This document shows positions 38,497 through 48,491 of a stretch of DNA of 64,000 nt, piece by piece. The notes under the pieces are model-generated. The model was not told the origin of the DNA, did no database searches, and saw nothing but the letters and a program-made list of their open reading frames with translations. The stretch is from positions 708 through 64,707 of the forward strand of contig CANROS010000001.1 of assembly GCA_947632305.1 (NCBI GenBank), written 5' to 3'. This stretch comes from an uncultured Paenalcaligenes sp. (GTDB lineage Bacteria > Pseudomonadota > Gammaproteobacteria > Burkholderiales > Burkholderiaceae_B). Positions within the stretch are counted from its first letter, which is position 1, and every line of letters begins with the position of its first letter. The translations under genes and the position numbers were made by a program.

Positions 38497-39456
38497 TTAG
38501 CCTTCGAGCTGGCGCCACATCTCTATGTCACGTTCAGCTGTCCAGATACGCGGCTCGTCGTAACCGGTGGCTTCGTCGTAGGCGCGAGCTACGTCAAAAG
38601 GCATGCAATGATCAAAAATGACCCAATCGGCATAACGTGGTTTCATGAAATCGTAGGCTTCACGGTAAATGGTTTTGAGGTCTTTGCCATCGGCCACGCC
38701 TTGGAGCACACAAGAGTACAGATCTGTTAAGAAAGCACGTGTGCCTGCTAGGGCTTTGCGTACTTCGTTGGCATTTTTCAGGGCGGGACCGCGGCCTGGA
38801 ACCATTTTTTCTGCTTCGAACTCGGCGAGGGTGTCTAGCGTGTGAGGCCATTCGCGAAAGTAGCAGTCACCGGCATAAGGGGTGGATTGGTATTCGACTA
38901 AATCACCTGCAAAGAGGATTTTTTGTTCAGGTAACCAGGCAATGGTGTCACCTTTGGTGTGGCCTCGGCCAACCTGCATAAGGTGTACCTCTAGATTACC
39001 TAGGTCAACTGTCATAAAACCATCGAAGGTAATCGTGGGCCAAGTGAGGCCGTCGGGTACTGACTCTACCGCGTGAAATAAGCGCGGGAAACGACCAATT
39101 TCACTGGCTTTGTCTTCTTCGCCACGTTCTACGATCAGATCGTACGTGTCGCGGCTGGCGATGATTTCTTGGGCGTTATAAGCCGAAGCACCTAATACGC
39201 GTACCGCATGGTAATGAGAAAGTAAGATGTATTTGATGGGTTTGTCAGTGACTTCGCGCACACGACGGATGACGTCTTCCGCCATAACGGGTGTGGCTTG
39301 GGTGTCTATGACCATAACGGCGTCGTCACCCACAATAATGCCGGTATTGGGGTCGCCTTCGGCCGTGTAGGCATAAGCGTTATCAGATAGTTTTTCAAAC
39401 GAAACGACTTTTTCTTCCATATCACCATGTGATGCGAACTGTTTTGGGCTGCTCAT
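38497..39456 (-). CDS. Metallo-beta-lactamase-fold hydrolase with atypical metal motif
   Basis: GDPN, ID, SHYHAVR, GHTKGD, FAGDL, VPGRG; start set at ATG 39456 after GGAGAG. Confidence 0.85.
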   Translation of the reverse strand: MSSPKQFASHGDMEEKVVSFEKLSDNAYAYTAEGDPNTGIIVGDDAVMVIDTQATPVMAEDVIRRVREVTDKPIKYILLSHYHAVRVLGASAYNAQEIIASRDTYDLIVERGEEDKASEIGRFPRLFHAVESVPDGLTWPTITFDGFMTVDLGNLEVHLMQVGRGHTKGDTIAWLPEQKILFAGDLVEYQSTPYAGDCYFREWPHTLDTLAEFEAEKMVPGRGPALKNANEVRKALAGTRAFLTDLYSCVLQGVADGKDLKTIYREAYDFMKPRYADWVIFDHCMPFDVARAYDEATGYDEPRIWTAERDIEMWRQLEG

Positions 39457-39544
39457 GTAACTCTCCAATGGTTGACCAATGTATAAATAGTAGTCATGAA
39501 TTCGTTTATATACAATTAGTTTGTTATGGGTGAATTCCATGAGT

Positions 39545-39576
39545 AAAAAAAACCGCTCACTAAAAAAGAGCGGTTT
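39545..39576 (-). terminator. Terminator after mutM
   Basis: Minus strand AAACCGCTC...GAGCGG followed by T8. Confidence 0.7.
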
Positions 39577-39590
39577 GAGCCGGTGTGGGT

Positions 39591-40424
39591 TTAAAGCGCC
39601 ACGTTTTGACACGCGGCACAAAAATAAGTGGCCCGTTGATTTTGTACTAAGCGTTGGATAGGATTTTCGCAGCGAGGGCAAGGTTGCCCAGCTTTGCCAT
39701 AAATTTGTGCATATAAATCAAAATAAGCGCCAGCTTCGCCGGTGGCATTTTGATAGTCACGCAAGGTACTGCCCCCTGAATCTAGGGCTTGTTGTAATGT
39801 TTCCACAATGGCTTGATGCAGGGCTATCGTTTGTGGGTAGCTTAGGGATTTGGCGGGGGCGGTTGGGTCTATAGCGGCTTTGAATAAGGATTCGGACGCA
39901 TAAATATTGCCTACCCCTACTACTGCACGGCCAGCAAGTAAAATCGATTTAATTGAGGCGGTACGATTTGCCAACTGTTGAAATAGGTAGTCTGGGTTAA
40001 ACTCAGGGCTAAATGGCTCGACCCCCAGCTTAGCCAAGAGGGGGTGTTCCAAAATAGGGCCATCCCGTAAATCGTGCCAGAGCACAGCGCCAAAGCGGCG
40101 CGGGTCGTGGAGTAAAAATCGAGTTTGATCAAATATCCACTCAACGTGGTCATGCTTGAGACGCTCCACTTCAAATGGGGCGCTGCGTAAAGAGCCGGAC
40201 ATACCTAGGTGGATAATTTGGTAGCCATGCTCAAAACGTAGTAATAAATACTTGCCACGACGCTCACACGCAAGTACGGTTCTATTTTGGACTCGCTCAT
40301 TCATATCCGATGGAATGGGCCAGCGCATTTTTGGTTGGTGCACAATACATTGACGTAACACCTGCTGGGGCATAAGCGTCGCTATTCCGCGACGGGTGGT
40401 TTCAACTTCAGGTAATTCAGGCAT
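39591..40424 (-). CDS. mutM: Formamidopyrimidine-DNA glycosylase
   Basis: MPELPEVE, RRGKY, HLGMSG, GVGNIY, CPRC...CAAC zinc finger. Confidence 0.97.
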   Translation of the reverse strand: MPELPEVETTRRGIATLMPQQVLRQCIVHQPKMRWPIPSDMNERVQNRTVLACERRGKYLLLRFEHGYQIIHLGMSGSLRSAPFEVERLKHDHVEWIFDQTRFLLHDPRRFGAVLWHDLRDGPILEHPLLAKLGVEPFSPEFNPDYLFQQLANRTASIKSILLAGRAVVGVGNIYASESLFKAAIDPTAPAKSLSYPQTIALHQAIVETLQQALDSGGSTLRDYQNATGEAGAYFDLYAQIYGKAGQPCPRCENPIQRLVQNQRATYFCAACQNVAL

Positions 40425-40506
40425 ATTGGGGTGCTAAGATCATTGACTGCGAAAAATTAATTGTGTCATTTGGCTTAATTTCACGCGTTACGACGCCGGT
40501 TTTTGG

Positions 40507-42276
40507 ATGAATTTAAAATCTCTACTCTTTCGTACGGTTGTTTTGTCTACATTGGTTGGCTCAGCTGCTTGGGCGTCTGAGGTAGTTGAGCTAAGCCCTG
40601 TCGAACATATTCAGCTGCGCAGTGATGGCCTGCCTATTGTGACCCTAAGCCCGGATATCTTATATCGAATCTTGGTGGGCGAGGTGGCCGTGCAGCAGGG
40701 TGATTATGACACGGCTAGCCAGACCTTTTTCAGTTTGGCCCTAGACACGGCAGACCCGCGTTTTGCGCAGCGTGCTTTTCAGTTTTCTATGGCTGATAAT
40801 AACTTAAGTCGTGGTATTCAGGCCGCTAAAGAGTGGTCGAACCTAGCACCTAACGACCCAGAGGCCAAAGCCACGGCGTTAGCTTTAGAGGCGTCTACGG
40901 GTAATACCAGTGGTCTATCTCAAACTTTATATCAGCGCATTAACCAAGCCGAAGACAAAGAACAGGCCATTATTCAAGCCATGACCATTATCAGTAAGAT
41001 GGTTGATAGCCGCTTGGCCTTAAATGTACTAGAAGACGCCTTGCCTAAAGACGTGCGCCAACTAACCATCAGTCATTTGGCTTTGTCTGATGTGGCCTGG
41101 AGCGCACGTCGTCCCGACCGGGCTTTAGCGGAAGCTCGTTTGGCTTTAGCCCAAGAACCAGATTCTGAGCTCGCTATGCAGCGTGTATTAGAATACGGTT
41201 TAGGCCAAGACCAAGACGCTGTTATTTTGCAATCCAAGCAATTTGTGCAAGCCAACCCAGATTTACGCGATTTTGCTTTGCTTTTGCTTAATCGATTAGT
41301 CGATTTGCAAAAATACGATGACGCTTTAATCCAGATAGCGCATATGCAAAAGCGCAATCCTGAAGACTTTGATTTGCAGTTTACTCAGGCTGAAATTAAT
41401 ATTCGCGCTGAACGCTATGACAGGGCCATAGAGCTCTTAAACGATTATATCAATGTACAAAATCAGCGTCGTCAAAGTCTTAGCGATGACAGCACGTTGG
41501 CACTCAGTAGTATTTCAGATGCGCGTTTGTCGTTGGTTCAAATAGCAGAAAAACAAAATAATCTGCACGAAGCCATTAAGCAGTTAAATTTAATCGAAGA
41601 GCCTGCTTTAGCTTTTCAGGCCAAGGTACACCGTGCCGTACTCGAGGCTCGCTTGGGTGATATTCGCAAAGCCACACGCACTTTAGACAGTTTGGGTGGT
41701 TTAGATCGACGAGATCAAGCGGTGGTGGATTTAACTCGCGCTGCTATTTTTAGAGAATCAGGTCGCACTGACGAGGCCGTCAGCATTCTGGAGCGTGCGG
41801 ACAAAGAGCTACCTGACACCCCTGAAATCAAGTATGACCTAGCGATGTTGTATGCGACTCAAGGTCGCTACGAGGAATTAGAACCCTTATTACGTCAGGT
41901 GATCTACCTGCAGCCCCATAATGCCAATGCCTACAATGCCTTGGGTTATACCTTTGTGGATCAAAATATTAAACTGGACGAAGCTCAAGACTTACTTGAG
42001 CAAGCCCTAGAGCTAGAGCCAAATAATCCCTATATTTTAGACAGTGTGGGCTGGTATCTGTACCGGATGGGAGATTACCAAGCTGCTTTAGAGTATTTGC
42101 TGCGCGCGTACGAGCTATTGCCTGATGCAGAGGTCGCCTCCCATTTGGGCGAGGTGCTATGGATGAAAGGACGCCACACAGAGGCGCGCGAGGTTTGGCT
42201 TAACGCTTGGCAACCCGATGCGCCTAGCTATTCTCTAGAGCGTGTGATGAAGCGTTTTGGAGTAGAGCCTAAATGA
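40507..42276 (+). CDS. Exported tetratricopeptide-repeat protein
   Basis: Signal peptide; AYNALGY, ILDSVGW, HLGEVLW; conserved position before lolB. Confidence 0.88.
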   Translation: MNLKSLLFRTVVLSTLVGSAAWASEVVELSPVEHIQLRSDGLPIVTLSPDILYRILVGEVAVQQGDYDTASQTFFSLALDTADPRFAQRAFQFSMADNNLSRGIQAAKEWSNLAPNDPEAKATALALEASTGNTSGLSQTLYQRINQAEDKEQAIIQAMTIISKMVDSRLALNVLEDALPKDVRQLTISHLALSDVAWSARRPDRALAEARLALAQEPDSELAMQRVLEYGLGQDQDAVILQSKQFVQANPDLRDFALLLLNRLVDLQKYDDALIQIAHMQKRNPEDFDLQFTQAEINIRAERYDRAIELLNDYINVQNQRRQSLSDDSTLALSSISDARLSLVQIAEKQNNLHEAIKQLNLIEEPALAFQAKVHRAVLEARLGDIRKATRTLDSLGGLDRRDQAVVDLTRAAIFRESGRTDEAVSILERADKELPDTPEIKYDLAMLYATQGRYEELEPLLRQVIYLQPHNANAYNALGYTFVDQNIKLDEAQDLLEQALELEPNNPYILDSVGWYLYRMGDYQAALEYLLRAYELLPDAEVASHLGEVLWMKGRHTEAREVWLNAWQPDAPSYSLERVMKRFGVEPK

Positions 42277-42848
42277 AAACATGGCAACGAGGTCTAGGCA
42301 TAGCAACAGTGGTATTAGGGTTAGTTGGGTGTAGTGTGGCACCTCCTTTGCCTTCTGTTGATAGCAGCGTCCAGCACCAAGACCATTTTCAGCGCTCAGG
42401 CCGTTTTGCCTTAAGCGTAGAAAAAAGAGACGGTGAACGCGATGCCGTTCAAGGGGGTTTTGTCTGGAGCGAACAGCAACAGCAAATACAACTTGATTTA
42501 AATAATCCGATGGGCACGGTGCTGGCTCGTTTAGTGGCGGATGACAGCGGCGCTAGATTAATTTACCCCAATGGGAACATCGAATATGCGCAGTCGCCGG
42601 ATGCGTTGGTGGCGCAGCTGTTAGGTTACGAGTTACCGGTATCCGGCATGAAAGACTGGTTGCGCGGTGAAACGGGCTCCAGCCCTGTTGATGGCCTTCA
42701 ACAAGAGCAAGGGAATATCGTTTATTTCCATCAAGACAACTGGCGAGTCCGCTTACAGCGTTATGACGAGCAAGGCCCTCGTTTACTGCAGATGAATCGC
42801 AATCAAGCTTCTCAGTTTTTTTCTGTGCGTATAGTGGTGGATTACTAA
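42273..42848 (+). CDS. lolB: Outer-membrane lipoprotein insertase LolB
   Basis: Lipobox LVGC; GRFA, NPMG, LPVSGMKDWLRG; synteny with ispE. Confidence 0.88.
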   Translation: MKTWQRGLGIATVVLGLVGCSVAPPLPSVDSSVQHQDHFQRSGRFALSVEKRDGERDAVQGGFVWSEQQQQIQLDLNNPMGTVLARLVADDSGARLIYPNGNIEYAQSPDALVAQLLGYELPVSGMKDWLRGETGSSPVDGLQQEQGNIVYFHQDNWRVRLQRYDEQGPRLLQMNRNQASQFFSVRIVVDY

Positions 42849-42849
42849 A

Positions 42850-43788
42850 TTGAGTCTTTCTGTGCTGCAGCGAGTGCCAGCTCCCGCTAAATTAAATCTA
42901 TTTTTACATGTGGTAGGGCGCCGAGCAGATGGCTATCATCTGTTGCAAAGCGTTTTTACCTTCATCGATTTATATGATTATTTGGACTTTGAGCTACGGG
43001 CTGATGGTCAGATAGAACGGGTAGGAGAGTCCCTGAAGGGCTTAGCGCCTGAAGACGATTTGATTGTTCGTGCTGCTCGGCTCTTACAGCGTCATAGTGG
43101 AACGTCTTTTGGGGCTACTATTCGCTGTGAAAAAAATATTCCTGCTGGGGCGGGGCTGGGCGGCGGCTCCAGCGATGCCGCCACCACTCTCATGGCTTTG
43201 AATAAATTATGGCAAACTCAGCTTTCTAGGCAGCAGTTGATGGACTTAGGAGTACAGCTGGGGGCGGATGTGCCTGTTTTTATCTTTGGCCAAAGCGCTT
43301 TTGCTGAAGGCATAGGAGACAAGCTTCAAGCCGTAGATGTGCCTAATTTGTCTTATCTACTGGTTAAACCCGAGGTATCTGTCCCAACGCCACGAATATT
43401 TTCCGATAAAGGCTTGACAAGAAATCAAAAGCCCATCATAATTACAGACTTTACAGGTTATCAGTTGTGTCCCGATGCTGAATTTAACGATTCGGTTTTG
43501 CTTTTTGGGGTCAACAACCTAGAGTCCGTAGCATGCAAGTTTCAGGCGGAAATAAACAGTTTGTTTCAGGCCTTGCAAGACTTAAAGTTACATGCTAGAA
43601 TGACGGGGTCGGGTTCAGTTTTTTTTGTTCCTTTTTTGGATAAAGAAACAGCCTGTAGACAAAACAGTTATTTAGATGCTATACTTTTGCACGAACAACA
43701 TACAGTGCAAAGCAAGCTTAAGCAATGGGTAGTCAATGGATTAAACATTCACCCGCTTTATAACTGGTTGACCGAATTTGGGGATTAG
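42850..43788 (+). CDS. ispE: 4-(CDP)-2-C-methyl-D-erythritol kinase
   Basis: PAKLNLFL, KNIPAGAGLGGGSSDAA, LGADVP, MTGSGS; TTG start. Confidence 0.95.
   Translation: MSLSVLQRVPAPAKLNLFLHVVGRRADGYHLLQSVFTFIDLYDYLDFELRADGQIERVGESLKGLAPEDDLIVRAARLLQRHSGTSFGATIRCEKNIPAGAGLGGGSSDAATTLMALNKLWQTQLSRQQLMDLGVQLGADVPVFIFGQSAFAEGIGDKLQAVDVPNLSYLLVKPEVSVPTPRIFSDKGLTRNQKPIIITDFTGYQLCPDAEFNDSVLLFGVNNLESVACKFQAEINSLFQALQDLKLHARMTGSGSVFFVPFLDKETACRQNSYLDAILLHEQHTVQSKLKQWVVNGLNIHPLYNWLTEFGD
43414..43442 (+). promoter_or_regulatory. Near-consensus sigma70 promoter inside ispE
   Basis: TTGACA (43414-43419), 17 nt, CATAAT (43437-43442). Confidence 0.6.
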
Positions 43789-43855
43789 CCAAGCTGGTTA
43801 AGGCACCGGATTTTGATTCCGGCATGCAAAGGTTCGAATCCTTTATCCCCAGCCA
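43779..43855 (+). tRNA. tRNA-Gln (anticodon TTG)
   Basis: Acceptor TGGGGAT/ATCCCCA, anticodon arm CCGGA-TTTTGAT-TCCGG, T-loop GGTTCGAATCC, encoded CCA. Confidence 0.97.
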
Positions 43856-43885
43856 TACATTTACAGACCGCTAGGTCTGCGTCAT

Positions 43886-43942
43886 AATAAAGCTGTTGAG
43901 CTACTACCCTAAAATAGGTAGTGGTCAACGGCTTTATTTTTT
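43886..43942 (+). terminator. Long hairpin with U-tract between tRNA-Gln and prs
   Basis: AATAAAGCTGTTGA...TCAACGGCTTTATT-TTTT. Confidence 0.6.
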
Positions 43943-43978
43943 CGTCACGCATCCAATAGAATCTACCTCCCTCACATC

Positions 43979-44929
43979 ATGGCACATGACCGATTCATGA
44001 TTTTCACCGGTACAGCAAACCCTCGTTTGGCTGTAGATGTTGCAAATCACTTAGACATGTCTCTTGGCAAAATGACCGTAGGGCGCTTCTCCGACGGAGA
44101 AGTTATGGTCGAAATTAACGAAAACGTACGCGGTCGCGATGTTTTTGTACTCCAGCCAACCTGCGCTCCCACTAATGATAACCTCATGGAAGTCATGGTA
44201 ATGGTCGATGCTTTGCGTCGTGCATCAGCGGGTCGTATTACGGCTGCCATTCCCTATTTTGGTTATGCTCGCCAAGACCGTCGCCCACGATCTGCACGGG
44301 TTTCTATCTCCGCCAAAGTCGTAGCTAATATGCTCCAAGTGGCTGGTGTAGACCGTGTGATGACCATGGATTTACACGCAGATCAAATCCAAGGTTTCTT
44401 TGATATTCCTGTAGACAACATCTATGCCTCACCTATTTTATTAGGTGATATTTGGCGTTGTAACTACAAAGACTTGGTTGTGGTTTCGCCAGACATCGGT
44501 GGTGTGGTTCGTGCCCGAGCCCTAGCTAAACAGCTCGAAGCCGATTTAGCTATTATCGATAAACGTCGTCCTCGCGCTAATGTGTCCGAGGTGATGAATA
44601 TTATTGGTGATATCGATGGCCGCACGTGTATTTTGATGGATGATATGGTGGATACGGCAGGGACTTTATGTAAAGCTGCCGAAGCCCTAAAGCAACGCGG
44701 TGCTGTCGCCGTTTATGCTTACTGTACGCATCCAGTGTTGTCAGGCGAAGCCATCGAACGCATTAAAAACTCAGAGCTAAATGAATTAGTAGTGACTGAC
44801 ACCATTCCTCTCTCTGCCGAAGCGCGCGAGTGTGAAAAAATTCGTCAGTTGTCTTGCGCTGCTTTGTGGGGCGAGACCATGCTACGTATTTCCAATGCCG
44901 AATCGGTTAGCTCTTTGTTTGTAGACTAG
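43979..44929 (+). CDS. prs: Ribose-phosphate pyrophosphokinase
   Basis: [35 protein letters not shown]. Confidence 0.97.
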   Translation: MAHDRFMIFTGTANPRLAVDVANHLDMSLGKMTVGRFSDGEVMVEINENVRGRDVFVLQPTCAPTNDNLMEVMVMVDALRRASAGRITAAIPYFGYARQDRRPRSARVSISAKVVANMLQVAGVDRVMTMDLHADQIQGFFDIPVDNIYASPILLGDIWRCNYKDLVVVSPDIGGVVRARALAKQLEADLAIIDKRRPRANVSEVMNIIGDIDGRTCILMDDMVDTAGTLCKAAEALKQRGAVAVYAYCTHPVLSGEAIERIKNSELNELVVTDTIPLSAEARECEKIRQLSCAALWGETMLRISNAESVSSLFVD

Positions 44930-44938
44930 TTTTCCAAT

Positions 44939-44990
44939 GCAGCACACTGGTCGCGGTGTGTTGTTTTTATTGTTTGCGACCTATCGCAAT
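44939..44990 (+). promoter_or_regulatory. Structured rplY leader (candidate L25 autoregulatory element)
   Basis: GCAGCACAC/GTGTGTTGT stem with TGGTCGCG loop; downstream GCGACC complementary to the loop. Confidence 0.5.
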
Positions 44991-45004
44991 TATGGAGTTT
45001 TCCC

Positions 45005-45625
45005 ATGAAATTTACAGCCTTTGCACGTGATGTACAGGGTTCGGGTGCGAGCCGCCGCCTGCGTCGCGCTGGCCAAGTTCCCGCCATTGTTTACGGCGGT
45101 GATCTTGAGCCTGTTATTGTTTCCCTAGAGCACAACCAGATTTATCACGATCTACGTAAAGATGCTTTCCACGCTTCTATCCTAGACATGGATATCGACG
45201 GTAAAGTAGAAAAAGTTATCTTGCGTTCTGTGCAGTGGCATGCTTACAAGCCACAGGTAATGCACGTTGATTTCCAGCGCGTACGTGCTGATCAGCCTAT
45301 CACTACTCGTGTGCCACTAAACTTCCTAAATGGTGAAGATTCTCCTGCCGTTAAATTGAACGCACAGGTGATTACACAGCTATTGGTTGACCTAGAAATC
45401 ACATGTTTGCCAGCCAATCTACCTGCTTCTATTGATGTAGACCTAAGCAAACTAGACGCGGGTGAAACTATCACTCTAGCTGCAGTTGAGCTACCTGCTG
45501 GTGTTGAGTACGCCGGCGCTAGCACAGATCCAGATCCCGCTTTAGCCACAGCGCTACAAGTCGGTGGTGGTGCAGCCAGCAATGGTGACGAAGCCGAAGG
45601 CGACGCAGACAACAGCGCAGAGTAA
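45005..45625 (+). CDS. rplY: 50S ribosomal protein L25 / Ctc
   Basis: GASRRLRRAGQVPAIVYG, HVDFQR, Ctc-type C-terminal domain with acidic tail. Confidence 0.96.
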   Translation: MKFTAFARDVQGSGASRRLRRAGQVPAIVYGGDLEPVIVSLEHNQIYHDLRKDAFHASILDMDIDGKVEKVILRSVQWHAYKPQVMHVDFQRVRADQPITTRVPLNFLNGEDSPAVKLNAQVITQLLVDLEITCLPANLPASIDVDLSKLDAGETITLAAVELPAGVEYAGASTDPDPALATALQVGGGAASNGDEAEGDADNSAE

Positions 45626-45662
45626 TATCTCTTACTTTTTTGCTGTAAGCCCTGCTTATAAT

Positions 45663-45697
45663 AAAACCCCTGTTAGCTTGGCTGACGGGGGTTTTTT
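45663..45697 (+). terminator. Terminator after rplY
   Basis: AAAACCCCTGTTAGC-TTG-GCTGACGGGGGTTTTTT. Confidence 0.75.
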
Positions 45698-45702
45698 AGT
45701 AT

Positions 45703-46308
45703 GTGGAAGCAAATATGATTGAAGGAATTCGTTTAATAATCGGTTTAGGCAACCCAGGTGCGGAATATGAAAAGACCCGCCATAATGCGGGCTTTTGGTT
45801 AGCAGATGAATACGCTAAAAAAATGAATGCCAGCTTTAGCCTAGATAAGAACATGGCGGCTTGGGTAGCCAAAGGTCGTTTTGATGGGCAGCCCATTATT
45901 ATTGCTAAACCGACCACCTTTATGAATCGCTCAGGTCAGGCTGCCGGGGCATTGATGCGTTTTTATAAATTAAAACCTGAGCAAGTCTTAGTCTTACATG
46001 ATGAGCTGGATTTATTACCTGGCCAAGCGAAGCTAAAAAAAGGCGGCGGGCATGCAGGTCACAATGGACTCAGAGACATACAACAAGTCTTTTCCAGTCC
46101 TGAGTATTGGCGCTTGCGCTTGGGTATTGGCCATCCGCGTAGTTTAGGGTTAGCGCAGCAAGTTGCGGCTTTTGTTTTAAGCGCCCCACGGGCCGCAGAG
46201 CGTGAAGCCATCGAGGATGTGCTGTGGCGATGTGATGCTATTTTGCCATCGCTCTTAGAGGGCAATTTTGATTTGGCTATTCAGCAACTTCACGGAGGTA
46301 ATGGGTGA
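45703..46308 (+). CDS. pth: Peptidyl-tRNA hydrolase
   Basis: [32 protein letters not shown]; true start may be ATG 45715. Confidence 0.95.
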   Translation: MEANMIEGIRLIIGLGNPGAEYEKTRHNAGFWLADEYAKKMNASFSLDKNMAAWVAKGRFDGQPIIIAKPTTFMNRSGQAAGALMRFYKLKPEQVLVLHDELDLLPGQAKLKKGGGHAGHNGLRDIQQVFSSPEYWRLRLGIGHPRSLGLAQQVAAFVLSAPRAAEREAIEDVLWRCDAILPSLLEGNFDLAIQQLHGGNG

Positions 46309-47087
46309 GTCAAACTCCTACCTTTAGACAAGAGTTGCGTGATTTTTTTTGTTTTTTACGCGCCCCCAAATTAAACCCACGTTTAGCGGGTCAGGATTTA
46401 GGCCATGCTTGGCATACGGACTGGACTAATGGGCTTGGTGTAAAGCGCATTATGCAATGGGCTTTGCTGTTGTGGTTAGTGAACCTTACCGTTTTTGGGC
46501 CTTTGGCCGCCAATGTGGCGACTTCAACGGGCACGCAGCATCGCTTGGATCTTTCCAATATCCCATGGAAACAGGCTGTCTTATGGGCACCCGTGATAGA
46601 AGAGCTGGTGTTTAGGTATGTGTTGCGGCGTCCTTCACAGTTTTTATGGCTTTTGCCCGTTAGTATTTGGTGTATGTTTAGTGGCCCAGAGGTCTTAAGC
46701 GTTAGTTTGGTCGCGGCCATGATTTTGCTCTTGTATGTGCGTCCGGTGTATGGGGCAGGGCACAAATCGCTCTTTAGTGCTATCGGTTTAGGTAAAGCTT
46801 GGCCTAAACAATGGTATAAAACCTACGCACGCTACTTTGGGTGGGCTTTTTATGGTTCCACTCTGCTTTTTGCGGCCTTACACCTTTATAATTTTACGTT
46901 TGAGCAGATCTCTTTTTGGATGCTGCCCCTGCTGATCTTGCCTCAATTTATGACGGGCCTAGTCTTAGGCTGGCTGCGTATACGACGTGGTATTGGGGCA
47001 AGTATTGTCTTGCACGCGGTTTTTAATGCGGGCCCTGTTTTAGTTATTATGGCGATTGTACGACTGCTGCCCGAAGGGCAGTATTAA
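46305..47087 (+). CDS. CPBP (CAAX/Abi) family intramembrane metalloprotease
   Basis: EELVFR, FAALH, HAVFN motifs; multi-TM. Confidence 0.82.
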   Translation: MSQTPTFRQELRDFFCFLRAPKLNPRLAGQDLGHAWHTDWTNGLGVKRIMQWALLLWLVNLTVFGPLAANVATSTGTQHRLDLSNIPWKQAVLWAPVIEELVFRYVLRRPSQFLWLLPVSIWCMFSGPEVLSVSLVAAMILLLYVRPVYGAGHKSLFSAIGLGKAWPKQWYKTYARYFGWAFYGSTLLFAALHLYNFTFEQISFWMLPLLILPQFMTGLVLGWLRIRRGIGASIVLHAVFNAGPVLVIMAIVRLLPEGQY

Positions 47088-47134
47088 CTCGCTATAATCT
47101 CTTTTTATATTGATTTTTTATTTCTAGGAACGCC

Positions 47135-48226
47135 ATGTCACTTCAATGCGGCATTGTTGGCTTGCCCAACGTTGGTAAATCTACCTTGTTTAATGCGCTC
47201 ACCAAAGCCGGTATTGCAGCGGAGAATTACCCTTTTTGTACTATTGAGCCTAATGTCGGGGTGGTTGAAGTCCCCGACACGCGTTTAGCGCCTTTGGCTG
47301 AAATTGTAAACCCAGAACGTGTGCTACCCGCAGTGGTTGAGTTTGTGGATATTGCTGGCTTGGTTGCTGGTGCCTCTGAAGGCGAGGGTTTAGGTAACCA
47401 GTTTCTAGCAAATATTCGTGAAACGGATGCCATTGTGCATGTGGTTCGTTGTTTTGATGATGACAACGTGGTGCACGTTTCAGGCAAGATAGATCCCATT
47501 GCGGATATTGAAGTGATTCATACTGAATTAGCCCTAGCGGATTTGGCTAGTGCAGAGCGTGCTTTTCAACGTAATCAGCGTACAGCACGTTCGGGCGACA
47601 AAGACGCTATTCGTCTAAGTAATGCATTAGAGCGTATTATTGCTGCCTTGGGCGAAGGCACTCCTGTGCGTGCTCTTGAGTTTGACGAAAATGAGCTAGC
47701 GGCTATCAAACAGTTTTGCTTTATTACTGCCAAACCTGCTATGTATGTGGCTAACGTCAAAGAAGGCGGCTTTGAAAACAACCCGTATTTGACCCTAGTG
47801 GAAGACTACGCGGCCAAAGAAAACTCACCTGTGGTAGCTGTGTGTGCAGCGGTCGAGGCTGAAATTGCGCAATTGGATGAGGAAGACAAAAGTGTTTTCC
47901 TTGAAGACATGGGCATGGACGAGCCAGGCCTAAATCGTGTTATTCGTGCTGGGTACAAATTGTTGGGTTTGCAAACGTACTTTACCGCCGGCGTAAAAGA
48001 AGTCCGGGCTTGGACGGTGCTGGTGGGGGCAACTGCTCCCCAAGCTGCAGGTGTGATTCATACAGATTTTGAGCGTGGTTTTATTCGGGCCCAAACGATT
48101 GCTTATGATGACTATGTGCAACACAAAGGCGAACAAGGAGCCAAAGAGGCAGGCAAAATGCGTGCTGAAGGCAAAGACTATATAGTCCAAGATGGCGACG
48201 TATTGAACTTCTTGTTCAACGTGTAG
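47135..48226 (+). CDS. ychF: Ribosome-binding ATPase YchF
   Basis: [27 protein letters not shown] domain ending FNV. Confidence 0.97.
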   Translation: MSLQCGIVGLPNVGKSTLFNALTKAGIAAENYPFCTIEPNVGVVEVPDTRLAPLAEIVNPERVLPAVVEFVDIAGLVAGASEGEGLGNQFLANIRETDAIVHVVRCFDDDNVVHVSGKIDPIADIEVIHTELALADLASAERAFQRNQRTARSGDKDAIRLSNALERIIAALGEGTPVRALEFDENELAAIKQFCFITAKPAMYVANVKEGGFENNPYLTLVEDYAAKENSPVVAVCAAVEAEIAQLDEEDKSVFLEDMGMDEPGLNRVIRAGYKLLGLQTYFTAGVKEVRAWTVLVGATAPQAAGVIHTDFERGFIRAQTIAYDDYVQHKGEQGAKEAGKMRAEGKDYIVQDGDVLNFLFNV

Positions 48227-48258
48227 AGTTAGCGCTCTTTGGAGCGTCTAAGGCATTT

Positions 48259-48324
48259 AATCGCGCTTAACCGGTGTTTCTGCTAGCTAATTACGCAGAA
48301 AAGCCAGTTAGGCGCGATTTTTTT
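48259..48324 (+). terminator. Terminator after ychF
   Basis: AATCGCGC...GCGCGATT-TTTTT closing a long interrupted stem. Confidence 0.65.
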
Positions 48325-48491
48325 ATGGGCGGCGGTTATTCGTTTCCTGAGGAAGGTCTTAATACTTTAAGTTTTAAATAAATAATAGATATTTATATAG
48401 AACTGGGAGATAGTTAGAACTCCGTAATAACCATGATAAAAATAAGGTAATTGATTGTTACATCTGGTATGACTCCCATTAGGAGATTTCT

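Noticed and set aside
38497-39456. Metallo-beta-lactamase antibiotic resistance gene
   Set aside because: No signal peptide, no HxHxD motif, and a catabolic operon context.
43779-43855. tRNA-Gln as an ochre suppressor for the two TAA-interrupted ABC genes, or TAA recoding
   Set aside because: The anticodon is the normal TTG, and TAA is used as a true stop by many conserved genes in the window.
48380-48465. OxyR or FNR site upstream of the cytochrome c peroxidase
   Set aside because: The ATAG elements do not fit ATAG-N7-CTAT spacing, and only a TTGAT half-site is present.
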